The position numbers and the translations under genes were made by a program. Shown here piece after piece: positions 38,619 to 46,820 of a stretch of DNA of 64,000 bases. How positions within the stretch are numbered: the first letter of the stretch is position 1; each line of letters begins with the position of its first letter. A model generated the notes under the pieces. It was not told where the DNA came from and made no database searches. It saw nothing but the letters and a program-made list of their open reading frames with translations. The DNA is taken from contig CAVOJZ010000002.1 of NCBI GenBank assembly GCA_963696395.1, positions 70,433-134,432 on the forward strand. The letters are read 5' to 3'. Source of the DNA: an uncultured bacterium. Its GTDB lineage: Bacteria; Patescibacteriota; Minisyncoccia; UBA6257; 2-01-FULL-56-20.

Positions 38619-39863
38619 TTATTCGTATCGCAACGCTTCAATAGGGCTAAGCCCGGCAGCCCGGCGCGCAGGATAATATCCAAAAATAATGCCGATCGCT
38701 GCGGAAACAAAGAATGCGAGGAGAATATATGGTATCGAAACGCTTGTAGTAATCCCCGTGAATAGAGAAATGGCCACGGCGGCGGACCAACCGAGAACAA
38801 TACCGATCAATCCCCCGGTGAAGGTGAGCATGACCGACTCGGCAAGAAACTGCAAGGTGATATCGGTTTTTTTGGCGCCGATGGCCTTTCGCAAACCGAT
38901 TTCGCGGGTGCGCTCGGTAACCGTCGTGAGCATCATATTCATAATGCCAATACCTCCGACAAGAAGAGATATGGCCGCAATTGCGGCAAGGAGCGTGGTA
39001 AAGGTTCCTGTCACGCTCGAGGCGGTTGAAACAATGCTTGCCTGATTAAGAACGGTGAAGTCGGCTTGTGTAGGATTCGTGATGTTGTGGCGCTGCAAAA
39101 GAAGCGTCGTTATGTCGTTCTGAACCTGCGTCATGGAATCTTGGGTTGCGGCTTCTACGTCAATTTCAGTGAGATAAGCACTGCTTCCCAAAAGATAATG
39201 CTGGGCAGTCGCGAGCGGCACATAAATCATGTCGTCCTGGTTACTAAAACCGCTCCCGCCTTTTGCGACAGTAACGCCGACCACGGTGAACTCAACACCT
39301 TTTATCTGAATAGTTTGCCCGATCGCCATATCGGGCGTTGCACTTGCGTTGGCGTTCGGCGCAAAAAGAGCCTGCAACACCGTGGGGCCGATAACCGCAA
39401 TTCGATTTGAATCTGCATTGTCGGTGTCGGTGATAAAGTTTCCCGTATCGATTGCCACGTTACGGACCTGTAAATATGCCGCGGTGGTTCCGAGAACGCT
39501 CGTGTTGGAATTATTCGCCTTGTAAATAACCTGATACCTGCCGCTTATTTCAGGCGCAATGGCGGCAACGTTATTCACTGATGCAATCGCGGCCTCATCG
39601 TCTGGCGTAAGTGTTTGCGAACTGCCGGCAGCTGAACGCACTGTTGTGCCGAACGTCCTGGCGGCACCGGGCGTGACCATGACAAGGTTTGCGCCCAACG
39701 AATCGATGTTTGCCTGAATAGAGGCTTGCGAACCCTGCCCGACGGCAACAAGCGCGATTACGGAGGCGATACCGATAACGATTCCGAGCATCGTGAGCCC
39801 GGATCGTACTTTATTGACGGTTACGGCGCTGTAAGTTTCTTCAAAAAGATCACGTGTTGTCAT
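38619..39863 (-). CDS. MacB/FtsX-family ABC permease
   Basis: LTMLGIVIGIASV, GGIGIMNMML.TVTERTREIGLRKAIGA, ALRYE. Confidence 0.95.
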   Translation of the reverse strand: MTTRDLFEETYSAVTVNKVRSGLTMLGIVIGIASVIALVAVGQGSQASIQANIDSLGANLVMVTPGAARTFGTTVRSAAGSSQTLTPDDEAAIASVNNVAAIAPEISGRYQVIYKANNSNTSVLGTTAAYLQVRNVAIDTGNFITDTDNADSNRIAVIGPTVLQALFAPNANASATPDMAIGQTIQIKGVEFTVVGVTVAKGGSGFSNQDDMIYVPLATAQHYLLGSSAYLTEIDVEAATQDSMTQVQNDITTLLLQRHNITNPTQADFTVLNQASIVSTASSVTGTFTTLLAAIAAISLLVGGIGIMNMMLTTVTERTREIGLRKAIGAKKTDITLQFLAESVMLTFTGGLIGIVLGWSAAVAISLFTGITTSVSIPYILLAFFVSAAIGIIFGYYPARRAAGLSPIEALRYE

Positions 39864-40590
39864 GGGGTATATTTTTTTCGTTACGCGCAATCAATTTTTT
39901 ATGATTTTTTTCGTCGGTCACAATATTGCCGTCGCGAATGTGGATAATGCGATCCGCATGCTGGGCAACATACGGCTCGTGCGTGATTAGCACAATTGTT
40001 TTACCGTGTTCCATATTAAGCGATTGGAATGTGTGCAGAACAATCTCTCCGGTCTTTGAATCAAGGTTGCCGGTCGGCTCATCCGCGAGGATGAGCGCCG
40101 GATTGTTCACAAGTGACCGCGCGATGGCGACGCGCTGCATCATTCCTCCCGATATTTGATTTGAGTGATATGACCAAAATGCCTCGGGAAATGCGGCGTC
40201 AGTCAATGCTTTTGCCGCTATAACTTCGCGTTCCTCCTTTGGCATATTGGCATAAATGAGCGGCAACGAAACATTGCGCAAAACGCTGGTGCGTGGAAGC
40301 AAATTAAAAGCCTGAAAGACGAAACCGATTTTTTCGCGGCGGATGTCGGCGAGTTCCTCGTCGGAAAGTTTGGAGACATCTTTGCCGTCCAAAAAGTACT
40401 CGCCGCTCGTCGGGGTATCGAGCGCCCCCAGGATATGCATGAGCGTTGACTTGCCTGACCCGGACGGTCCCATGATGGCAACAAACTCGCCTTCGCGGAT
40501 GGAAAAGGTAATGCCCTTCAAAACAACTACTTCAGTCTCACCGGTTCCATACGCTTTTTTAATATTTTTGCATTCAATAATGTTTTTCAT
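39850..40590 (-). CDS. ABC ATPase (MacB/LolD-like)
   Basis: GPSGSGKS, ISGG..QRVAIAR, ILADEPTGNLD. Confidence 0.95.
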   Translation of the reverse strand: MKNIIECKNIKKAYGTGETEVVVLKGITFSIREGEFVAIMGPSGSGKSTLMHILGALDTPTSGEYFLDGKDVSKLSDEELADIRREKIGFVFQAFNLLPRTSVLRNVSLPLIYANMPKEEREVIAAKALTDAAFPEAFWSYHSNQISGGMMQRVAIARSLVNNPALILADEPTGNLDSKTGEIVLHTFQSLNMEHGKTIVLITHEPYVAQHADRIIHIRDGNIVTDEKNHKKLIARNEKNIPHDNT

Positions 40591-40607
40591 GTGCTGTTAC
40601 CATGGGA

Positions 40608-42443
40608 TCAACCTCCCGGTCGAACAAAGGCTCCGCCACCGCCACCACCACGCGCGGCTCCGGCGCCGCCAAGAAGCTGAAGGGCATTCGAGCCTGTTCC
40701 CGCCGAAGCAGTTGCAGTGGTTGATTTAACGGTCTGCACAATTATCTGGTCGCCGACGTTTACGCCCGAAGTGATTTCGGACATTGTGCTGTTGGTCAAA
40801 CCAACTGTGACCGGAACCTGCTTCGTCGCCGGAAGCACGATGCCCCCTGAACCACTCGACGCAAGATCCGAAGCCGAAAGGGGCGTCGCCGGCTCAAGAA
40901 TGTATGACGAGCCTCCGCTCGTTACGATTGCCGCGTTCGGAACGGCGATGACATTCTGATCTATCGCGGTGACGATATCCGCGGTGACACTCATCCCGGG
41001 CTTCACAAGCATACTGCTCGATGTGTCTGCCGGCTGCGAGAAACTGACTTGGACACCATAGCTCACAACACCCTGACTCACCGTTCCAACCGGATCCACC
41101 TCCACGACCTGACCCGCAAGCGACAGGTTGCTGATCGCATCGAATGTTAGTGTGGCTTTATCGCCCACCGCCACTTTTGCAGCATCAATTTCATTGAGTG
41201 TGACTTGTGCAATTTCTCCGTCGCTCACAATGGTCACGGCATTTGCTCCACCCGTTTCGCCGATCGTTGCCCCGATTGCGGAGACAGTCCCCGCAATCGG
41301 CGCCCGAACCGACGTGTAATCAAGATTTTGCTGTGCGGTGGTCAAAGCATTCTGGGCGCTCTGGACGCTGATCTGCTGGCCGAGCAAGGTTGTCTGCGTA
41401 GGCCCGGCAAGCAATTCGTTTAAAGTTTCGCTCGCCTGTTGGAGAGAATTGTTGGTATTTATGATGTTGTTTTTGTCGGTTGCGATTCCGGTTATTGTGC
41501 CCTGCAAACCCGTTGCTGCACTATTAATACTTGTGGTATATGTGCCAAGATTGTTTTGGAGAGTGTTTATGATTGGAGGGAGTGGATTTGTATCGCTCGC
41601 CGTCGGATACGTGTCTACGATATATGAAAGGAAATCTTTTCCAGCTTTCACGGTATCACTTATGCTTTGGGCAGTATTTAATGTTTCCGTAAATAAGGAA
41701 TCCATAGCCGCAGGACTCTCGGTTGGGTTTGCATTATGGTAATCGGTGAGATTTTGTTGATATACGGCGATCACCGAATCGTATTGAGCCTGCAATGCAT
41801 CTTTATAAGGAACTGTTCCTGCCTGGAGATAGCTGGGCATAAGGCTCACGAAAGCATCGGGGTCTTGTTGTATCTTGCTGATGTCATATCCTTGAACAAA
41901 ATTCTGAAGGCCCGTCATGATCGTCTGAAAATTTGCGAATGTCGAAGCGAGACTATTGAACCCAGCTTGGTAATCCTGGTCGAGCGTTGTCGAGGCGTTA
42001 ACAACTGCCTGCTCACCCGTCGTGACGGCATTTTGTTCCTGTAATAAGGTTGTCGTTGAAATCTGCTGGGTCACCTGGAGTGAGAGCTGAGCCTGCTCAA
42101 GTGAAAGCTGAGCCTGGTTAAGCGCCCGTTGTTCGTTCGTGGAGTCAAGCTGTACGAGCAGCTGTCCGACGCCGACATGCTGGCCGACGGTAACCGGAAT
42201 CGAAACCACCTCTTCCGAAACTTTCGGCGTGAGACTGATCGTTGTCCCAGCCTGCACCTGTCCGGTTCCGGAAACGTCCGCGATTACCGAACCCTGCGCG
42301 GCAGACTGAACGACATATTTGGTTACCGTCGTCGTGGCATGCGCCTTTTGATACCAATAATATCCGCCACCGATAATAACTACGATAATTACAACAGAAA
42401 TAAACTTGTGTGCCCGGGCTGCATTTATTATTTTTTTTATCAT
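40608..42443 (-). CDS. MacA-like membrane fusion protein with long coiled coil
   Basis: VTVGQHV..LVQLD, APIAG, VKPGMS. Confidence 0.88.
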   Translation of the reverse strand: MIKKIINAARAHKFISVVIIVVIIGGGYYWYQKAHATTTVTKYVVQSAAQGSVIADVSGTGQVQAGTTISLTPKVSEEVVSIPVTVGQHVGVGQLLVQLDSTNEQRALNQAQLSLEQAQLSLQVTQQISTTTLLQEQNAVTTGEQAVVNASTTLDQDYQAGFNSLASTFANFQTIMTGLQNFVQGYDISKIQQDPDAFVSLMPSYLQAGTVPYKDALQAQYDSVIAVYQQNLTDYHNANPTESPAAMDSLFTETLNTAQSISDTVKAGKDFLSYIVDTYPTASDTNPLPPIINTLQNNLGTYTTSINSAATGLQGTITGIATDKNNIINTNNSLQQASETLNELLAGPTQTTLLGQQISVQSAQNALTTAQQNLDYTSVRAPIAGTVSAIGATIGETGGANAVTIVSDGEIAQVTLNEIDAAKVAVGDKATLTFDAISNLSLAGQVVEVDPVGTVSQGVVSYGVQVSFSQPADTSSSMLVKPGMSVTADIVTAIDQNVIAVPNAAIVTSGGSSYILEPATPLSASDLASSGSGGIVLPATKQVPVTVGLTNSTMSEITSGVNVGDQIIVQTVKSTTATASAGTGSNALQLLGGAGAARGGGGGGAFVRPGG

Positions 42444-42457
42444 GAAATTATTGTTGG

Positions 42458-42952
42458 TTATTTCGACAGGCTGGAAGTTGGCGTTTCGGGTAAAATTGGA
42501 ATCGATGACGACACCGGGAAAATTCTCACAAAATGTGCGCCGATCTGTCCTTCATCGGTGGGCTCCCCAATAACCGCGACTCCATCACCCACCACGATGC
42601 CGTTCGAATCAATGGTCTGGTCCATAAGCCGCACGACGGTTCCGGGAAGAATTTGTACAGACTCTTCGTCATTGTCCGAATCTCTTACAACAATACTTGA
42701 GCTTGCAACATCAACAACCGTTCCAATGATGCCGTGGGTATTGCCGGGCATGCCGCCCACCGCAGCCGGACCGAAACCCGGCGGCGGCCCGCCAAGAAAA
42801 TCGCGGTAATAATTATCACTTCGCCCCGATGCAAAAATCGCCTTTCGATAGCCCACGTATACCCCAAGTGCAAAAACAACAAAAACAACAGCAATGCTGC
42901 CGAGGATAATTAATGCGACATTTATTTTTTTTGAACTTGAAATTTCGCTCAT
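42458..42952 (-). CDS. Membrane-anchored DUF5666-like protein
   Basis: N-terminal TM; HGIIGTV..VGDGVAVIGEP..IGAHFVRIF. Confidence 0.6.
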   Translation of the reverse strand: MSEISSSKKINVALIILGSIAVVFVVFALGVYVGYRKAIFASGRSDNYYRDFLGGPPPGFGPAAVGGMPGNTHGIIGTVVDVASSSIVVRDSDNDEESVQILPGTVVRLMDQTIDSNGIVVGDGVAVIGEPTDEGQIGAHFVRIFPVSSSIPILPETPTSSLSK

Positions 42953-43356
42953 GATCTACTGAGGACATTCGCATCATCGACAAAACCGACGAAAGACCAA
43001 ATAGCAATCACGAGACCGCCTATTGCAAGACCAATGGGAAAAGCCGGAAATGATTCGAGCATTGAAAGTGAAATGTCGGGAAGGTTCCTGGCTGCCATGC
43101 TAAAATCGGAAAAGAAGAGTGCGGCGAATTGAAAAAAGCCGGACTGGCCAAGTTGCGCGCCCGCTGCGGTGGCTTCCATTACGACGACCGTAAGCGATGC
43201 AGCGAACATGGCACCCAATCCGACCAGTTTTCCTAAAAGCACCCGCCGTTCATAGCGAGCGATAGCAAGAAGGGTTTTTTGCGCTAAATCCGCCGGCGGT
43301 TGCGGATCGTGGAGCTTCGAAAACAGCTTTCGGTAATGTTTGGAATCATACTTCAT
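42949..43356 (-). CDS. Probable anti-sigma membrane protein
   Basis: PPADL motif then TM helices; directly downstream of an ECF sigma gene. Confidence 0.55.
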   Translation of the reverse strand: MKYDSKHYRKLFSKLHDPQPPADLAQKTLLAIARYERRVLLGKLVGLGAMFAASLTVVVMEATAAGAQLGQSGFFQFAALFFSDFSMAARNLPDISLSMLESFPAFPIGLAIGGLVIAIWSFVGFVDDANVLSRS

Positions 43357-43371
43357 TGCCTATGCCCCTAT

Positions 43372-43398
43372 TACGAACCTAGCGGGGTTTTAGGTGCA
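43372..43398 (-). promoter_or_regulatory. ECF-type promoter for the anti-sigma/ABC efflux operon
   Basis: TGCACC-17-CGTA. Confidence 0.45.
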
Positions 43399-43402
43399 AA
43401 AA

Positions 43403-44041
43403 TCATGCAAAATCCGCCAATTCCTGCGGAATCAGCTTTCGCAACTGCATAAGCCCCCTGCGGTGCTTACTTTTTACGGTATCGATCGGCTCCGCAAGAA
43501 CATCGGCAATCTCCCTGAACTTGAGGTGCTCGGTATAGCGAAGTGTTAATACCACGCGGTATGGAATGGGTAGCTGCCCGACCGCGGCATCCAGTTTTTG
43601 AGTGGTACTCTTCCGGTCGAACATCGCATCCGAAAATTCAGGCGCATCGACATGTGGCGCGAGAAAGGCATCGAGGTCGGTCGCATCCGCTTCGATCCTG
43701 GAAAATAAAATCGGCTTCTTCTTCTTTATGAAATCAAGCGAGGCATTTTTTGCTATTGCAAGAACCCACGTTTTGAAACTGCGTGTTCGATCAAACTTTT
43801 TCATATTTTTCCACGCACGGATGAACGTCTCCTGCGCCACATCGCTCGTGTCGTCGGAGTTTTGAAGATAACGATAGACGAACCGATACACCATCGGCAA
43901 ATGGCGGTCAAGGAGAATAGCAAATCCGCCGTCATTTCCCGAAAGAAACGATTCAATAAGCTCAATATCGTCCTGCTCGGATGTACCAGCGTCCAGTTTA
44001 CCCGGAAACGGAAGCGCTGAACCATTGCTTAAATAATCCAT
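43403..44041 (-). CDS. ECF sigma factor
   Basis: DVAQETFIRAW, FKTWVLAIAKN, TVKSKHRRG; leaderless TGATATAAT promoter. Confidence 0.92.
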   Translation of the reverse strand: MDYLSNGSALPFPGKLDAGTSEQDDIELIESFLSGNDGGFAILLDRHLPMVYRFVYRYLQNSDDTSDVAQETFIRAWKNMKKFDRTRSFKTWVLAIAKNASLDFIKKKKPILFSRIEADATDLDAFLAPHVDAPEFSDAMFDRKSTTQKLDAAVGQLPIPYRVVLTLRYTEHLKFREIADVLAEPIDTVKSKHRRGLMQLRKLIPQELADFA

Positions 44042-44058
44042 TGATTTGATTATATCAT

Positions 44059-44499
44059 TTAGCGCTCATAGAGACCAACATAATCGGTCTGCTCGATAAG
44101 ATTCTGGTCAATGCGCGTTTGGATTTCGCCAAGCGCGGCGGTCGGCTGCAAGTCCAGCTTGTCGCTCAACGCGTACAGCTGGAAATGGTAATGATGCACT
44201 CCCGACGGCGGACACGGACCCATGTAACCGATACGTCCAGCACTGTTGCGCCCTTCGACGGCGTTCTGCGGAACACTCTCTTCTTTTATCACGCTTGTTT
44301 GCGGCTCGATATTCCAAACCACCCAATGCGTAAAACCCCCCTGCATCGGAGCGTCTGGATCATGCATGACAAGCGCTAGACTCTTGGTACCGGCCGGCAC
44401 ATTTTGAATCAGAAGCTCCGGGTTGAAATCGCCGCCGTCACATGCATATTTTTTCGGTATCTTTCCTTCGTTATCAAATGCGGGACTCGTGAGGATCAT
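44059..44499 (-). CDS. YbhB/YbcL PEBP-family protein
   Basis: DPDAP, FTHWVVWNI, GPCPPSG.HHY. Confidence 0.92.
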   Translation of the reverse strand: MILTSPAFDNEGKIPKKYACDGGDFNPELLIQNVPAGTKSLALVMHDPDAPMQGGFTHWVVWNIEPQTSVIKEESVPQNAVEGRNSAGRIGYMGPCPPSGVHHYHFQLYALSDKLDLQPTAALGEIQTRIDQNLIEQTDYVGLYER

Positions 44500-44538
44500 G
44501 CCTACTATTACAACAAATATTTGACTATTTATCAAAAT

Positions 44539-44577
44539 AAAAAACGGGCTGCCATGATTGCTCACAACGCCCGTTTT
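44539..44577 (-). terminator. Terminator of the receiver-domain gene
   Basis: aaaacgggc/gcccgtttt stem with U-tract on the minus strand. Confidence 0.6.
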
Positions 44578-44590
44578 GTCCGGCCGACGA

Positions 44591-44959
44591 TCAGGAACAG
44601 AAACATTTCCTGAAGGCTGCGAATTCGAATGGCTTTTGAAGAACTTCCGCAAAGAGTCCCACGAGAGACCGGGCGGCTTCGGCGCCAGCCTGATTGCCCG
44701 TCATGAGGACAATCTTTCTTGGACCTTCCGCACTGGTCAAATCCGTTCTCAATTTCCTCGCGAGTTCTATACCCGACATATATGGCATCTCAAGATCCGT
44801 AAAGAGCAGGTCGAAGTGTTTAAGATGGCACATATCGACCGCTGAATTCGGACTGTCGGCTGTCATAACTTTGTGTCCGAGCGACTCAGCCAAATGCGCG
44901 ACCGATTGACGGACGCTTTCGTCGTCGTCCACAACCAAAACCTCAAGCACCTGCTTCAT
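44591..44959 (-). CDS. Stand-alone receiver domain (CheY-like)
   Basis: LVVDDD, DLEMPYMSG, TG, KPF; TTGACA-17-TATACT promoter at 45043-45015. Confidence 0.88.
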   Translation of the reverse strand: MKQVLEVLVVDDDESVRQSVAHLAESLGHKVMTADSPNSAVDMCHLKHFDLLFTDLEMPYMSGIELARKLRTDLTSAEGPRKIVLMTGNQAGAEAARSLVGLFAEVLQKPFEFAAFRKCFCS

Positions 44960-45039
44960 ATGATGGATCCCTCAAATCGAATTCCTACCCACAACCTCGA
45001 AAAAGACTATTTGCAGTATATCAGAATAAAAACGCATTG

Positions 45040-45372
45040 TCAACTAGCCAGAAATTCCTTATACTCCTTTGCCAAGAACGCCTTCATTTCCCCGCGCGGT
45101 TTCGTCACGCCGGGATAACGCCAGGCGCTGATCACCTTCCTTTCTTTCGGCGCATCCTGGAACATCACCCAGATTTCCTGCGTCCAGGTTTTCGATGTTT
45201 TCATGGACGCCGGCTGCATCATGGCTACCGTATTCGGCGCGATGCCCTCTTCAACTCTTTTCGGAGCGTTCAAAACCCTCCGCACGCGGGCGGCACTCAA
45301 CCGATAATAATCCATTTTGCCCCGCGCATGACTCGTCCAATGGAGGGGTTTCAGCTTATCGAATAATGGCAT
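45040..45372 (-). CDS. Conserved hypothetical, DUF4258-like
   Basis: WTSHARGKM..VRRVL..P, VISAWRYPG; leaderless TATAAT. Confidence 0.55.
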   Translation of the reverse strand: MPLFDKLKPLHWTSHARGKMDYYRLSAARVRRVLNAPKRVEEGIAPNTVAMMQPASMKTSKTWTQEIWVMFQDAPKERKVISAWRYPGVTKPRGEMKAFLAKEYKEFLAS

Positions 45373-45402
45373 GTAGTTATTATATAGCGTTACCAAAAAG
45401 AA

Positions 45403-45426
45403 AAGCCGGACAATATTGTCCGGCTT
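45403..45426 (-). terminator. Perfect 24-bp palindromic terminator
   Basis: aagccggacaat/attgtccggctt; U-rich on the minus strand. Confidence 0.7.
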
Positions 45427-45441
45427 CGGGCAGACACCTTA

Positions 45442-45729
45442 TTACGTGCGAGACATAGAACACTCCGGCGCCACTTTCCGGTTCGGATCAAATTTCTCCA
45501 GAAGCAGTTGGTTCAAACTACTGCCCGCAAAGAACCATATTGCGGCCGACGCGAGAACGATCAAAATGATGGCGACTTCGTGAGCCAAAATGGATGCGGG
45601 GCCATGTACCATAAAGAGTTCTCCCGCACTCTCGCTTAAAAGATACCAAAAGCAGACAGCAGCAATAAAACCCAAAATTACAGAACAGATCCGGCAACTA
45701 ATCACAAACGAACGCCGCGGCTTTCGCAT
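45442..45729 (-). CDS. Small two-TM hypothetical protein
   Basis: GGAGG SD; TTGCAT-16-TATAAT promoter; terminator follows. Confidence 0.6.
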   Translation of the reverse strand: MRKPRRSFVISCRICSVILGFIAAVCFWYLLSESAGELFMVHGPASILAHEVAIILIVLASAAIWFFAGSSLNQLLLEKFDPNRKVAPECSMSRT

Positions 45730-45801
45730 TATCGCCTCCCAGAATTTGTCGCTAAAAATATTATATCAGAATAACCAAAAAATGCAAACCTAGCCTGCCG
45801 C

Positions 45802-46773
45802 TTACCGCGCAATCATCTTCTTGAACTCCTCCACCATCGGCACTTGCTCCGGATCAACCGTATAAAGTTTGGCGCTGTAGAAAGCGGTCCAATCGGCGAG
45901 GTTAAGCGCATTGAAAATCTTCTGGATTTCATTCTTGCCCTGCATTAGCACGATCTCCGTCTTAAATCCGCGATCGCGGAACAATTTTTCCATCACATTC
46001 ATGCGTTTGATAATCCGCCGATCGTCTTCGGCATCTTTTAGAAAAAGGAAGTGGAAGTGGCGGGAAAGCGGCGTCGTTTTACCTTTCGCATCAAAACCCG
46101 TCATTTCGTTATGGTTCATTTCTGGAACAACATTCCAAAAGGCGGGCACTTTCCCTGTTTCGTTAAAATTTATCTTCCAATTTGCGGCGATTGCGGAATT
46201 GCGGACGGACGCATATACAATGGGAATGCTTCCGTGCAACCGCTTGGCAAGATCCCGCCCGCGCAATTCTTCGCGTGAAGGATGAAGGAGCGTCGCAAGC
46301 GTTTTGGCTTCCGCGAGCCATGCCCGTTCGCCCATGAGTGCAAGAATCGCCATCAAACTCAAACCGGTGGCCATGCGTGGCTGCATATGAAAATCCGGCA
46401 GCTGAACATACGGGACCTTAAGCGATTGCGCGAGCTTGATCAGTTTTCCCCGGGCAGCCACGACGGCAAAATTCAATTTTTTCGCCTTGGCAACATTCAG
46501 AGCGTCGATTGTCTCTTCGGTGTTGCCGGAATATGAACTCAAAATAATCAAGCGGTCTTTAATATCTTTTTCATGAAGCTTCGGCAAACCGTAATTATGC
46601 CAAACTAAAAGATCGAGCTCTGGATGCCAGGCCTTCAAAATATCCGCGGCCAAATGGGAACCGCCCATGCCGGAAACGACAAATTTACCGAATTTCTTCA
46701 GTTTATTGGCGTTCTCCACCATCGGTTCATACTCGAACTGCTTGGCGTAATTTTTGATATCTTCGGGAAGCAT
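45802..46773 (-). CDS. Bifunctional phosphoglucose/phosphomannose isomerase (SIS)
   Basis: GMGGS, SYSGNTEET, QPR, NETGK, PEMNHNE. Confidence 0.92.
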   Translation of the reverse strand: MLPEDIKNYAKQFEYEPMVENANKLKKFGKFVVSGMGGSHLAADILKAWHPELDLLVWHNYGLPKLHEKDIKDRLIILSSYSGNTEETIDALNVAKAKKLNFAVVAARGKLIKLAQSLKVPYVQLPDFHMQPRMATGLSLMAILALMGERAWLAEAKTLATLLHPSREELRGRDLAKRLHGSIPIVYASVRNSAIAANWKINFNETGKVPAFWNVVPEMNHNEMTGFDAKGKTTPLSRHFHFLFLKDAEDDRRIIKRMNVMEKLFRDRGFKTEIVLMQGKNEIQKIFNALNLADWTAFYSAKLYTVDPEQVPMVEEFKKMIAR

Positions 46774-46820
46774 ACTATCTATTATACGCCATGCTTTGAA
46801 ATTCTCGGTGCACAGGCCCG

